Source: Lama glama | Lineage: Eukaryota | Direction of reading: 5' to 3' | Length of the DNA: 64,000 bases | Assembly: GCA_028534125.1 (NCBI GenBank) | Contig: CM052816.1 | Location: 13,642,001 to 13,706,000 of the forward strand | Shown: positions 1-13,682 of the stretch, piece after piece | How positions within the stretch are numbered: position 1 is the stretch's first letter | Layout of the letters: every line of letters starts with the position of its first letter | Notes under the pieces: model-generated | What the model saw: only the letters and a program-made list of their open reading frames with translations | The model's database searches: none | What the model was told of the DNA's origin: nothing | Translations under genes and position numbers: made by a program

Positions 1-542
1 CTTCATCTTCTCAAACCTGAGTGTTCACGCCCACAGGAGGTGGAAGGTGGATCACAAACCTTCTCAAGCAAGAGCCTCATGCAGCTAAAATCTGTAAGCC
101 ATGTTCTACTTAGAGCCAAACGTGCTCAGTATTGGTAGACCGTGATGGTACAGCATAACCCGGGCTAGATTAAACTCCTGCTGAGACTATTTTAAGTAGG
201 TTTAATTTGTAGGTTTGGTAACAGTTGAAACAAGATGACCTTGAGGTCTCCTTCTATCTCTGAGCTTCTGTGATCTTGGTTCAGTGGTCACTTCTCAGGA
301 AGACATTCCTAGACCAGGTCACGTTCTCCCAGACATGTTCACATAGCACCATGGACCCCTCCTTCCCTCATAGCACTGATCACAGCTAAACTTTTCTGTT
401 GCTGTAAGTGATAATTCAAATACTATCTTTGTCCTTATTAGACTCCAAGCTCCCTGAGGGCATGCAGTGTCTGTTTTTGCTTACCCTTGTCCCCAGAGCT
501 CAAACAGGCCCTGGAACAAAGCAGGTGTGCAACAAATATGTT

Positions 543-870
543 TTAACAGCTTTACTGAAGTACGGCTAATGTGTAACAAATTGCACATGGTTAAGCATAC
601 AATTTATGAGTTTTGACATCTGTACATATACATGAAATCATCACCACAATCAAGGTAATGAATACTCCGTCAGCCCCGGGTATCCCTCTACAACGCACCA
701 CCCCTCCACCCAGTCCGTTCCCAGGCACACATTCAATCTGCTTTCTGTCACTACAGATTAGTCCACATATTCTGTAACTTTATAGACATGGAATGCCCTT
801 TCATGTCTGATTTCTTTCACTCAGCATAATTCATTTGCAATTCATTCACATTGTACGAATCAAGAGTTTG
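543..870 (-). mobile_element. Older L1M 3' UTR fragment in the opposite orientation, continuing at about 1960-2020
   Basis: Antisense L1 3' UTR phrasing (aacagctttactgaag, catgaaatcatcaccacaatcaag, aatctgctttctgtcactacagattag, tttctttcactcagcataat) that resumes after the younger L1. Confidence 0.7.
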
Positions 871-879
871 TTTTGATAT

Positions 880-1432
880 TATGTGACTGACAAGCGGTTA
901 TATCCAAATATATAAGCAACTCATTCAACTCAGCATCAAAAAAATAAACAACCCAATTAAAAAATGCGCAGAAGATCTGAACAGACATTTTTCCGAAGAA
1001 GACCTGTAGATGGCCAACAGGCACGTGAATAGATGCTCAACATTGCTAAATATTAGAGAAATGCAAATCAAAACCACAAGGAGATATCACCACACACCTG
1101 TCAAAATAGCCATCATCAAAAAGATCACAAATAACAAATGCTGGCAAGGATGTGGAGAAAAGGGAACCCTTGCACACTGTTGGTAGGGATATGAACTGGT
1201 GCAGCCACTATGGAAAAGAGTATGAAGGTTCCTCAAAAGACTAAAAATAGAACTATCAAATGATCCAGCAATCCCACTCCTGGCTATATATCCAAAAAAA
1301 AAAAATGAAAGCATTAATTTGAAAAGATACATGCACCCCAATTTTCACAGCAGCATTATTTATAATAGCCAAGATATGAAAGCAACCTAAGTGTCCATCA
1401 ACAGATAAATGGATAAAGAAAATGTGATATGT

Positions 1433-1470
<38 letters not shown>

Positions 1471-1958
1471 CTACTCAGCCATAAAAAACAATGAAATTTT
1501 GCCATTTGCAACAACATGGATAGATTTGGAGGTTATTATGTCAAGTGAAATAAATTAGACAGAGAAAGACAAATACTGTATAAAATCACTTACACGTAGA
1601 ATCAAAAAAAATGAAACATATATGAACATGACAAAAAAGAAACAGACTCAGAGTACAAATTAGTGGTTTTCAGTGGGCAGAGGGAAGGGGTTGGTGCAAG
1701 CTAGGGGTAGGGGATTAAGAAGTACAAACTACTATGTATAAAATAAATAAGCTACAAGGATGTGTTGTACAGTGCAAGGAATATAGCCAATATTTTAAAT
1801 AACTATAAATGGGGTACATTTAAAAACTGAATCACTGTGTTATATACCTGAAAACTTACATAATACTGTTTAATATAAACAATAACTATCTCAATAAAAA
1901 ATAAACATAAACATTAAAACAATAGAGGTAATTTTTAAAATCCATGGACCAAAAAAAA
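880..1958 (+). mobile_element. 5'-truncated LINE-1 3' end
   Basis: L1 ORF2 C-terminal and 3' UTR hallmarks (gaaatgcaaatcaaaaccaca, gatccagcaatcccactcctgg, tttgccatttgcaacaacatgg) and an A-rich tail. Confidence 0.9.
1429..1466. repeat. (GT)n microsatellite in the L1 3' UTR
   Basis: Run of tg dinucleotides seen directly. Confidence 0.95.
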
Positions 1959-2649
1959 AGTTTCTTTCTTTTTACTGCTGGGTAGGATTCCATTGTACGA
2001 ATGGAATGCAACAGTTTTATCACATAGCACTAATTTACAGCCTAGAAACATAGATGTTTCTGTCCCTGAATTTCCTCTCTTTCAGTCACGTAAGAATTTC
2101 TTAGGGTCCTATTTTGCCTATATCTGCCGATCTCTCTTTCTAAACTAGGGGGAAATTAGCAAACTTGCCTAGTTTGTTGCATAATAGGAAATGTGACTGC
2201 GTATGGTAAAACTTGACCACCCACTAATATCAGGATAGCACACAAAACACAGAAGACCTAGGAAGAGACAGTTTGTATTCACAAGCCTTCCATCTATTGT
2301 CTTCTCCTGAATGGCTAAGATGAACTTCTCAGATTGAGAACTGCTCCTTCTGCAATGCGTAAATGTATGAGCGTAAACGCCCAAATATATGAGATTCTGA
2401 CCTTGGTGATAACTAACTCTATTTCTGATTTAATGGTATTGGACCAGCTCCCCCTTGGAATGCTTAAGGGGAGGTGTCCCTGAGAAATAGGAGAAAACAG
2501 GGGATCTATAAAAGGTTCTCGAATATAAGCAGAAAAAAGAGGAGAATGTGATTCTGTTCCAAAGATGACTGCGTTACATCAGGAAAAATCTATCAAGACA
2601 ATCTGTTCAACTACTGTGGTTTAAAAAAGTGGGGGGCAGGGATAGAGAT

Positions 2650-3035
2650 AACAATCACTTAAACAAATAAATGAAGAGTTACAACCCTGACAAACACTAC
2701 AATAAAAGAGGCAGATTGCACAACAAAAGCCTACATTAAGGGGATGTGACCTGGTCAGGAAGGTCAGCAAAGGATTTCTTGGGTTGGACTCGCAGGATCC
2801 ACAGGAGATAAAACCAGAAGCACAGACTAGGGTGAGAACAGCAGGTGGAAAGGCCCTGTGGTCGGAGTCCAAGGAGCCCTGGAGAAACTGAAGGGAAGCT
2901 GCTGTGTCTAGAATCCCAGAGCGAGAGGGAAAGTGGACTGGGAAAGAGTTTGAGGGAGGCAGGGACCAGATCACGCAGATTGTGGCGTGTATCCTGAGAG
3001 CACTGGGGAAATAATGAAGGGTTTCCAGCCAGGGA
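2650..3035 (-). mobile_element. LINE-2 remnant, antisense
   Basis: gaacagcaggtggaaaggccctgtgg...gaggcagggaccagatcacgcag...tatcctgagagcactgggga...gaagggtttcc. Confidence 0.6.
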
Positions 3036-4529
3036 CCGGACAGGGTCAGCGCTGGGCTGCTCCAGGCCTCCCACAGAGAGGGGCCTCATCTCAGAGGGCA
3101 GGATGTGGGAAATTCTCTTTTACCACATACAGGGCTGGTCTGCAAGAGGACAGAGGAAATCTGCTCACATCTCCTGGACTGAAGTAAGAGAAAAGTGGAT
3201 ACTTTTAAAGAAAATAATCCAAGTGAAAGGGACAGGGAAGGAGAAAGACGGTAGAGAAAAAGTATGTTAGGAAAAGAAAATATCCCAATTATCTATGTTA
3301 AGTCTACCTCCAGCTCCTAGGAATGCTTCGTACAAACACGTATACAAAGATGTCATGATTCTCCTGTATAAACTGAAAAGACATCACCTCTGCCCAGCCA
3401 GTCTTCATGCTTTCTCCACCCTGAGGCCGAGGAAATAGAGTGGTGTTATAGAAAGCCTTTATATATATGTATACAATTTTTCTACTTTATCATGATTGGG
3501 CTCAGAATGAGGAGACACAGACTCCAGAATCAGGGTTACAGCACTGGTTCTAGGAATTCATTCACCGTACGGCCTTAAAAATCATTTTCTCTCTCTCACC
3601 TTGAATCCCCTCTTTTGTAAAGGAGGAGACCTGGATCAAACAGGATGGCAAAGGACAATAAAAGGACTAAGAAAAATATAAAACATAATATAAATGTAAG
3701 GAATTATTCCTAGGAAAATTATTTAGTACTGTGTTGGGCTCTGTCCCAAGAAGCTTATACACACTAACACATGTAAACCTCTTAACGACTCAGTGAAGTG
3801 TTGACTGTTATCTCACTGAAGCCCAAGGAGTCCCAAACGCCCACCATAGCTGGTCTCTGCCTCTTACTTTCAAGCGTGATCAAAAGGAAGATGAGAAAAT
3901 ACAAAACAGTTCTTCATTCAAGCCTTAGAAGTGCACAAGATAATAAGACCCAAAATAAAGGCTGTGAGAGAATAATCCAGTGAAGCCGATTTCTAGAAGG
4001 ACTAAGAGCTGGAAAAGGACTGTGACTCGACCCAAGAAAGACAGACCTAACTCCATTTCCCTTTCATGAATAATAGGGGACACCTATTAATACAGATTTT
4101 TTAACAGGGCTTCTAACTGCAGAATTTCTCTATGTTTTGACAATTTAATGTCTCTTTTTCTGAGATTATTTACGTCAACTTCACCCTTGACAAGACACAA
4201 TGAAAGAGCCTTAGCTTTTCTCGCTTTGATAAAAGGAAGGACAGAGATGCTGATCAACTCCTGTGTTGCGGCTTAATGAAAAAACCAGTTAGAAAAACTG
4301 AAAGTGGCGGAGAGCAAGGGTGCAGCATGGGGGACTAGCTAAGAGCAAAGACAACAGTGTCTAACGTCACTGACCCAAACAGTCTAACTTCAGAGCCAGG
4401 GCTTGTAGCCTCTGCACTGTGGTGCCCACACAATGTGCAAACACAAAAATGGGGTGCACAGAAATGCACCACAGAGAAGAGGGCCAGGCTTGGCATACTC
4501 ACAGAGGACTAAGTTATCAACAGATGAGA

Positions 4530-4925
4530 CACAGCCGAAAAATTATTTAAACTAAATGTAGAGAAGAATGAGAGAAATTATCCAGAACAGAGTTCAGAGA
4601 TTCAAACAAATGAAAAATATAAATATTTTAATTTAAAATATTTAAATATTTCCAGAAGGAGATCATTAAAAGAATGGGAAGGGGAACAAAATTCAAAATG
4701 ATAGTCAGTGAGAACCTTCCAAAATTACTGAAAGATACCGATCTTCCAACCCAGAAAGGCCCTGAATCCTAAGCACAACAGATTGAAAAAAAAAAAAAAA
4801 AACTACACAGAGAGAACCATCACAATGAAATGCAGAATTTCAAAAAGGGGAAAAAAGAAAGAAGAAGATATAATGAACAGCCAGAGAGGAAAGACAGATC
4901 ACCTAATGAGGAAATGCAGACAGAA
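4530..4925 (+). mobile_element. Old LINE-1 ORF1-region fragment
   Basis: A-rich sequence with L1 ORF1-like phrasing (gaaattatccagaac, tccagaaggaga, gagaaccttccaaaatt, catcacaatgaaatgcagaa). Confidence 0.55.
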
Positions 4926-4974
4926 TGAATGCTCCGGGACACAGCCAGGAGGGCCCACCAGCGGCGACGACCCC

Positions 4975-5608
4975 GCAGAGGCACCCTGGCTGTCTCTTCC
5001 AAAGGCGGCCCCGGGAGTGTCTCCCATCCCACACGCTTGTCAGCGCAACGTGCCTTTGCTGCTCCTCCTATCAAGAGGCAGGTCTGTGACCTCTCACACT
5101 GAAATTGGGTGCGCTTGGCTGGGCTTTTATGACTATTTAACCAACACAGGGCCAATGTGAGGCAATATGACTTCTAAGAGAGGTCAGTAAAAGGCGATGT
5201 AAGGTCTGCCTCTGTTACTGGAACACTCACTCTTGAAACCTTTAACTGCCCTGAGGCCGCCATGCTGTGAGGAAGCCCAGACTGGCCCATGTAGAGAAGC
5301 CAGATGGACAGGCTCTGAGAGTACACAGAACAAGAGGGAAAGAGGAAGAGAAGGAGAGAGGAGGTCAGGACAAAGGAAGAGAAATAGATCTGACCAGCCC
5401 AGAGCTGCTTCAAACACTTACTATTCCAGCTCTAGTCACCATCTGATTGGAACCTCACGAGAAGCCTTGAGCCCAAACCATCCAACCAAATGCTCCGCAA
5501 GTTCCTGACACACACAGAAACTGTAAGAAATGCTGAAACGATTGGTGTCGTTTTAAAAGTTGCTGCCTTTTTGGGTGGTCTGGTACACAGCAACAGATAA
5601 CTGGAACA
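4975..5608 (+). mobile_element. ERVL-MaLR solo LTR (MLT1-type)
   Basis: Contains gccgccatgctgtgaggaagcccag and the MLT1-type 3' end ttcctgacacacacagaaactgtaaga...cagcaacagataactggaaca. Confidence 0.75.
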
Positions 5609-5946
5609 TCTACACTAACAACTGGCAGCCCTCTAGGCACCAGGTGACAATGACAAGAACCAGCTTCACAAGGCGACGTCATCCAAGAATTTCCAGCATC
5701 TAAACACACTAACACAGTATACATGTGAACTACAAGCATCTTTCCTAACTGCAGTTCCTAATGTAACTTAGAGCTAAGAATAATCATCTTGTTTTAGTTA
5801 CTTTTTTGGGTGCCATGCCTCCTGGAACTACTGTATAAAAATTAAGAAAATTACAGCAAAACATTAGCGGTATTACTTCATGCATGCATTATACTCATCA
5901 TATGTTAGCTGAGCAAATCAGACATGAAATTTAAAAATGAACTCAC

Positions 5947-6047
5947 CCCCTTTCCTCCTGACTTTTGGTCAAATGGTACCATGGTGATTTGTTTGGAATC
6001 CCGTTGATATGTACAGTAGTGCTTCACCCACGAAGTTCCAAAGTGAC
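5947..6047 (-). CDS. ARHGAP26: ARHGAP26 coding exon 9 (101 nt, phase 1-0), PH domain
   Basis: (R)HFGTSWVKHYCTYQRDSKQITMVPFDQKSGGKG inside ORF 5905..6132(-). Acceptor ccttgcAG; donor GGG|GTGAGT. Confidence 0.97.
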
Positions 6048-6819
6048 CTGCAAGGTAAGATTCCCCATAAATCATCTCTACACGTCCACTGCATGCAGGA
6101 AAAACACACAACCAGTAACCCACAATGCTCACTATCCTTAGTCCCTAAACTGTTTCTAGGGGCAAAACATTCTCCATAGCAGCTGGAATGGAACAGACAG
6201 AAATCCGATCCCACAGGCTGGAGATGGCGCTGGACCAGGGCTTTCCCCAGTGACCAAGGTAGATGGTTTCCACTAACTGCTGCAGCCAACGGGTCTTAAA
6301 AAATAAGGAAAGCAGAGGTTCCCTGGGGAAATTAAATTCACTTTCCCATCATCAATCTCCATCTGAAGTTTCCTTTCTCTCCCCTGACAGGAGTAAGATG
6401 ACTGAAGAAAGAGCACAGAAAGGCTCCTCAAAGTGCTTGTCTCCGTTCCCATCTGGCCCGATGACTTCATGCTTCCCACACAGCTGCTCTGTGACCGTGT
6501 GCACAGACGCACAGGGGTTCTGACCCACTTCCAAACCCCTCGTTTTTATTTTAGCAGAACTCAAGATCGGAAACGCAGACAAGCAGAACTCTGAGACACC
6601 AGAAATGTGAAACGGAAGTAACTATAAATGCTCAAATGGAATCTAAGGAGTTTGTCCCTCAAAATTATCCCTCGGGAAAAAAGCCAGTGCCCTGCAGTCA
6701 AATACTGACAGTCTCTGACATTACCGGGTGCCTGGCCAATTACTTTATTTTTGAACAAAAAAGTAGCATTCGAGGAAGAAGGAGGCATGGTTCGTATTAT
6801 TAGCAAGGTCCTCAACCAA

Positions 6820-8020
6820 TACTAGTCCTAGATGCTTAGCTCTAGATCACATAGATATGGTCAAAAAAACCAAAAATAACAACACGAAAAGAAATTGAGC
6901 AGGTACTAGATAATCATTTTTCAGGCCGTGAATGCCCATCACAAGTGTTGGATGTCACTTAGTAAACTTACAAGGCAATACATTGGAGAATCAAGGACAA
7001 ATGGAAATACCAAGTATGCTAAGGTATTTCTCTGGCTAAGAGAATAAATTCCAGTGATGGCACAAGACAAAGATTTCAAAAGTGTTGTATCCTGGACACT
7101 TTGAGCATCAAAATAAATAATAAAGACAGTAATGTATGTAGCCTACTGAACAAAATGGGAACCCATAAGTCCATACTGATGAAGGAAGGAAGGAAGGAAG
7201 GAAGGAAAGAAGGAAGGAAGGAAGTGAGTCCAATGAGGGAAGAACACAGTCTTAAGGTGTCTCCCCACAGACTGCTAACCACTACAAGGGGAACAGAGTG
7301 ACTGCACAGTGGGGAAACCAGAACATACCTTGATCAAATGATCAAAATTAACAAGACCATGGCAGGGCAGAGGGCCATCCTTTGCTCTGGATGTGGTACC
7401 CGGGAAGAACACAGAATTACTCATGTAGGATTTGACCAGAGATGCTCGACCTGAATCTAATCATAAGGAAACATCAGGCAAAGCCACACTGAACAAAATT
7501 CTATGAAAGACCTGGCCTGTATTCTTCAAAAACATCAATGCCTTCAAAACCAAAGAAAATGTGAGGAACTATTCCAGATTAAAGGAGACTAAAGTTGTCA
7601 TATGACAACTAAATGCTATATAAGATGCCGTACTGGAGGAAAACGAAATGCTTTATGAGGGCATCACTGGGACAACTGACAAACTGGGTGTGTGGAACGT
7701 CATTTAGATTAAATATCTTACAATGCTAAACTTCTTGGATATGGTAACTGTGGTTACATGACAGAATATTTTTAGAAAACGCACAGTGATGTAAAAGAGC
7801 ATAATGTGTGCAATCTGTTCTCAAATGGCTTAGAAAAAATTTAAACGTGTGTGTGTGTATCTGTGACTGTGATGTTCACACACGCACCCAGACTGAGAGA
7901 GAAAGAATGATCTAATTGTGGAAGTAGGGGAAAAATCAGTGAGTCTGGGTTAAGGTCACATGGTTGTTCTTTATATTATTCTTAAAACTTTCTGAAAGTT
8001 TGAAATTATTTCAAAATAGT
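6820..8020 (+). mobile_element. Old LINE-1 (L1MC/ME-like) 3' region
   Basis: L1M 3' UTR phrases (ctgaatctaatcataaggaaacatcag, gaactattccagattaaaggagactaaag, tgaaagtttgaaattatttcaaaat). Confidence 0.65.
7181..7224. repeat. (GGAA)n tetranucleotide repeat
   Basis: About 11 gaag units, seen directly. Confidence 0.95.
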
Positions 8021-9373
8021 AAGTGACAAACACTCCAAACAAACAAACAAGAAAGCTGTATCCTAATGATGTGCTCTGAACTACTGGGTTAGAGAATCAA
8101 AATGTGTTTCTAATGATAATCGAGACATTAGTGCTGAGAGAGTGCATGAAGTGTTGGAATAAAACTGAATGATGCAGTGGGAGAGCGCTCACACCGACTT
8201 AACCTGTAAGTGACCATTTAATAAATTAAGTATTGTAAGTGGGCACTGAACTGTATTTTTGTAGCCCAAAAATTTACATTTTCAAGTTGACTTAAAACTT
8301 TCTGGGGCGCTCTTCTCATTGGGCAAAGAAGATCTCACCACCTATGCAGGTGTAACACAACTAAAGCAGCTTCTGTCTCTTACAAACCTTAACAAGCTCA
8401 TCCCCGTAAGAATAAGGGACATAAAACTCTCTTTCACGCCTGATGCTCCGACCTCCAACCCCATTACTACACCACTGTCAGCAGGGAGCAATTTTAAGCC
8501 CAAGCGAAGTTTTGAGTAATCGCTAAGCAAAATAACCACTGAAACGAGTGTCCTGTTCCCTCAGAAAGCCTCCGGGAGTGCAGAGATGTGCCTAGCACTG
8601 AATCATCAGTGCCCAGGCAGAAAGCATGGCTGGGAGACTACAAGAACTACCTGTCAAAGAAAAGAGAAAAGCACTTCCTGTAACCCCTAGCAGGGCACGC
8701 ACGAATGAAGTCTGGGGGTGCTACAGCCCAGTGCAAGAACCTCTGGGTCATCAGTGGGAACCCTGGGTTAGCAGCACCTGGCATTTCTTTCCCTGACGTA
8801 TATGGGCCAGCCCATGGGTCTTCTTCCTAGCTCTTGGGATGAGCTTTTGTTTCTACTTTTTATAAAATGTAAGTGTTAGGATAATAGGAGTTGAGGGCAA
8901 GAGAGAATGGGCCCAAGTCATAATTCTCTGGGCGCTGCTGAGACAAGTCTCAAGGGAAAACAAAATCACCCACTGGGAAGTCCACCAAAGGATGTGACCG
9001 CCGACAGACAGCAAGGCCCAGCGCTGCAGACCTCTCCAAGGCCTCTACGCCCAGGGTGTGGTTTGTACAGTGACACTGAGGGTACAGGAACCTCCAGAGT
9101 AGGGCGACACCAGGGAGAGAAGTAGCGCCGTGGAGCCTCGATGGGCTCCCGGCTGCAAAGGGATTCCCAGTTACAAAGAAAGCACGATACATCCCTTGGA
9201 GGTAGACAAAGACCTTGTGGACAGCAACCTCCCCTTAGGAAACTGGACTATGAAATCGCTCTCCTTCATCCAGACCTGTGCTCCAGACCAGGCACTAAGG
9301 ATCCAAATACACCCTCCACCTCCTGGGCCAAAGGCACGGGTCCACCCAGGCTGCTGGCCGGCCCGGCACTCAC

Positions 9374-9503
9374 GCTTCTCCTGGACGTAGAGGTACCCTT
9401 CCATGGTGTAGGGGCTGACGGTCTTGTGCTCGAGGGGGTTCTCCTTCATCTTCTTCATCAGCGCTTCCACTTCCGACCTGGTGCCTTCAAAGCGGTTTCT
9501 TGT
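9374..9503 (-). CDS. ARHGAP26: ARHGAP26 coding exon 8 (130 nt, phase 0-1), end of BAR and start of PH domain
   Basis: [43 protein letters not shown](R). Acceptor ccttccatcctAG; donor C|GTGAGT. Confidence 0.97.
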
Positions 9504-10945
9504 CTAGGATGGAAGGAATTTTATTCAAATGGAAGAAATGAAACGTTGTTCCTATCTCTAGTGATTCAGAACATCAACCCACAGAATCCTTAGAACTAAA
9601 ACCGGATAAGGAACATTCAGCCATCCAGGAATTAGGCAAATGTTCACTTTTAAAAACTATACTTCGGCCTTAAAAGTCCTATACTAGAATGACCCTCAGA
9701 CTTAAGGGATCGTCAAAATCACCTGGGGAACTGGCAGAAAATGCAAACGACCAATCCTCACCGCCAAAGGTAAATTTAGTACCTCTCAACCCAGACATGC
9801 ACACTGTCAACAGGCACCCCAGGCGAAGCTGACTCTGATGGTCCACAGGAGGGGGGCCCCCCAGCTCCCTCCAGGAGATACTTTTCTTAGCTGTTTGTTG
9901 ATGGCTCACAGAATCCCCTCCTGAAATGGAGCTACTTCACGTAAGGTTACTCCCTCCCCCAGGGCAGCCTGCACCCAGTAACCAGAGGCCAAGGGCCAAA
10001 GAAGGAGGGTCAGGGGCCCAGGCCTGTGCCAGGGGGCCCATGACGTCAACTGGGGCCTCTGTGGAGACTGCCTCACCACTCACAGGTATTTTGGCTGACA
10101 CTGCCTCCTGTAAACCTGCTCTGTGTACACCTCCACCGCAGAGGCTGCCTTCTGAGGAGCCAGGCCCAAGGGGAAGCCGGGCTCTGCGAAAGCTCATCCA
10201 AGACTCTTCAACTTTCTGTTCTCTGAGGCCACTCAGAGAAGCATGGGGGGTGCGGGGGGCGAGCTCAGGCTTCTAAAAACATGTAGCACACCTCCCATGG
10301 GAGCACTTGGGTTTCCTCGGCCACGGGATCATCCAGAGACAAAGACAACAGGCAGACTAACGTGGCCCAATCACACAAGGAAGGAGGGCATTCGAGCCCC
10401 AGTAACTGCAAACCAGAGTCCTAAGCAGGGTTCTGTGCACCCAAAGGTCCCACCGTTAACAATTTGGGGAAGGAAATTGGGAGTAAGGCGCACTGGCTTG
10501 GATTTCCTGGCTGCCCCAGGGCGGGTTGAACAGGAGCACATCCTCTGAGCTGGAGGCCAGCACATGGGCTCCATCCCCAATCCCTGAACACACACTGTAA
10601 GGTTTCTTGTGGCCAGACAGCTGGATGCACAGGAGGGAGGCTGGGCCGGGCTGGGTGGGGCTGGGATTCCACTGCCAAAGGAAATCCTGACTCTGGTGCT
10701 AGGGATTTAAAACATAATCAGAGCAGCACTTCCGAGAACATAAATAGTGCTTTGAAATAACGGAGGAGAGGATGACGCTCTAACCTGGGACCACCCAGCA
10801 CCCTAGCAATGCCTGCCCCCCACTTCCCTTTGAACTCGAACAAGGCCCGTCCTCCCCATCTGCACTCCCAGCCATTTAAGTGATCTCCAGGCACCCAGAC
10901 CCGTACTTAACCAGGGAGAGGGAGCCTATCCCCTCGCCCACTCAC

Positions 10946-11050
10946 GTTCTGTATGCTAATAGTCAACTGCATCTTGAAGTCGTTGAAGTCCTTGGCCAGC
11001 TCATAACCGTGGTGGTAGAAAGTGAAGAGCCCTTGTAGGAATGCTAGTAG
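10946..11050 (-). CDS. ARHGAP26: ARHGAP26 coding exon 7 (105 nt, phase 0-0), BAR domain
   Basis: [35 protein letters not shown] inside ORF 10907..11101(-). Acceptor ccttcgttacAG; donor AAC|GTGAGT. Confidence 0.97.
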
Positions 11051-11149
11051 CTGTAACGAAGGCAGAAGGGCAGAGTTCACATAAGCAGGTTCAAGAGGCA
11101 TTACGTAGCTGTATCTGAGTTCCCAGCCCTGGTTTGAAAGTCTAGAATA

Positions 11150-11400
11150 AAATAATAATAATGGCTAGTGCTTACAGAGCACCTCTTGTACCTCAGGCAT
11201 AGGAACTCTACGTGCCCTGTCTCATGGAATATTCCTAACAACCCATGAAAGGAGGACTAATGTTCCTCCATTCTACTAATGGGGAAGCAGATTCAGAGAG
11301 GTTAAGTCACTTGCCCCAAAACACACAGTTAAGTGGCAGCCAGCATTTGAAACCAGGTCTCCTTGGTACAAACAACCAAGCTCTTATCCTGTGAGCCTCA
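11150..11400 (-). mobile_element. MIR SINE
   Basis: Antisense MIR core (gattcagagaggttaagtcacttgccc) preceded by aataataataatggctag. Confidence 0.7.
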
Positions 11401-13682
11401 ATGCCTCCTAAGAAAATCACTTCTTCAGAAACTGAAGGCCAGGGCTCCAACTCAGTCTCCTTCTAGTACATTCGTAGTGTCAGGTTATCTCGTAGAAGAG
11501 TGTGGTTATGTTGATAACCAACACGGAAGGGAAAGAAAAGGAAGCTGGTGTGCCCTGAGTCTGCAGTCTAACAGGCAAAGTCAGGTCAATCTAGATAAGA
11601 CGTCAGCTCAAGTGTGTTTCTGCACTTTCTCTCAACTATCCAAAAGTCAACATTCTGGATTCCTTTCTTAAAATAATGCCACGTTCCCATATTTTCAGTT
11701 GAGATGGTTTCCCGAAATTCTCATTTAAAGTGCCTCAGGCTAAAAGGTAAGCCCATTCTTTGTTTAGTCTTGCCCTTAGTGAAAGACTGAAAACATCCAT
11801 TCACCATGATTCTCACAAAAGGCCTTCATATACTTCAAAACCATTCACATCCCCACCCCGAGCCCCTGCCGGTCTTCAATCTCCAAGCTACATAAATGTT
11901 CCCACGGTCTCTCCTCTCAGTGCCCACATGGATGGGCCCCTCCCAAGTTCTATATATTTTGCCCTACTCCCAAATCTCAACCTGAACAAAGGATAATAAA
12001 AGATTGAACAAGGTTTAGAAGAACCAGAACCTCACCCCTGGATCACAAGCTCAGGTCTACTACTCTGGGGGACCAGCCCCCTTCTAACTTGAACTTCTCA
12101 GTGCCAACTTTCGTGGTCTGAGTGGTCCCCTCTGACCTGCCTCAAACACCTGTTACATCAAGACACAGTTGCTCTACGTTATATTGTTGTGTTTAATTTT
12201 CTTGCCCCTAAATAAACATGCCTTTACTTGTTAAATAGAATCTCATTTTTTTTCACCTAACTCTCCTTTTCCAAGAAGCAGCCCTAATAATGACAGTGAA
12301 GAGAACTCTTACACTTTGTTTGTGGCAGGAAAGGTAAGCACCAAGGTATATGCTACCCTACCTGAGCCCAGGGGAGAGGCCTGCCTTCGGACAAAGCCAC
12401 ATGCCCAATTCATCAAAGAGCTCTCCACTAGAGAGTCAGACAAAACCCAGCTCAGAACAATATGGTAGCTTGACTTCCTGCTGCCACTGTCCCTGCAGCG
12501 TCCATTCCTTTAGATCCTCATGGAGGTGAGGGAACAGGCATTGCTGGGTCCTCTGGCTATAAACACATTTAGTGGCACCATATACACATCCCCAACTTAA
12601 ATCAAGGAACGGGTATTAAGCCATGAGAGAGTCACCAAAGACTAACAATGAACTCCTCAAAGATGACCAAAGTTTTTGGACCTCCTCTATGTAAAATACA
12701 TTTCTGAGAAGAAGGCCCATCCTCTTCCTCCTAAATGGCTCCAGTGATGGAGAAGACAGGGATCTTAAGCCAAACCTACTGCTGGTATTCACAAAGACAA
12801 CTGTTCTTCCTTAACTCATCCCTCCCTGTCATCCTTGAAAGCTGTGCTCCATCACTGTCCAAGGCACTGAGTCACCCTCTACTGGGGAACAATGCAGAAG
12901 ATAAGCGGCTGGTTCTCAGGTCGTTCCTCCTATTAGCTCTGACTCATCCTTCACTTAAAGCCAGCAGGACCACCTTATGCAGGGTGACTATCTCACACAG
13001 CTCACTACGATGCCACCTGGGTGGACACACAAGCACTCCAAAGGCAGAGTCGCTCATATTTATTTTGGCTTTCACTTCCCTTGGTATCACGCCCGATTGC
13101 CCATTTTTCAACAGGAAATGATGACTTAGAGATTGTTATTTCTGAACCACTTCCCTTTCTTTTCCCCAGAGCCCCTTTTCTCCCCTTCTCTAACTTGGGA
13201 CCTCCCCTCCCACACATGGTATGAACCTCTGACCCCACAACCCGGTGGGAAATGAAAGTTTCCACAGCCTGGGGGGCTGGGCAAGGCCCATGGAAGGACC
13301 TCAAAGATGGAAGACTCTGTCTGCCTCAAAGAAATGCTTCTAATCACACACACAGAGGGAGTGCCTGCTATATCCTCACCGGGTTACCAACGAGAGAAGC
13401 CAGCAGGCCTACCCAGGCTCCCCCGTCAAGGGCCAGGGACACAATCACAGCCTGACAAAGGAAATGCCCAAGAGAGACCTTCCCACCTCCCTCTCCCTTC
13501 ATCCCCATCCTTGTTTTCCTGTGAGGAGAACTGTAAGAAAAAACCTAGTCCTATTTCCTAGCTGATAACACAGATTAAAAATAAATAAATAAACAAAAAC
13601 GTAACTGACTCATTAGTGGTGGCTCCATCATCCTGGACTCTCTGGTAAATTTAGATTATTTCCATGCACAGAATAGAGCTAC

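Noticed and set aside
1..20. Minus-strand GAGAAGATGAA resembling the start of ARHGAP26 exon 10 (GEDE...)
   Set aside because: No AG acceptor at the required position, and the nearby CAG is followed by GTT TGA (stop). Exon 10 must lie outside the window.
2169..2384. Minus-strand ORF (..CRRSSSQSEKF..) considered as an alternative PH-domain exon
   Set aside because: Only superficial resemblance to the expected exon 10 peptide, and no convincing splice-site pair.
4620..4644. AT-only inverted repeat with 12-bp arms
   Set aside because: Low-complexity A/T sequence inside an old L1 fragment, expected by chance.
6216..6232. CTCF-like GCTGGAGATGGCGC near exon 9
   Set aside because: Three mismatches in the 5' half of the core, too weak without ChIP data.
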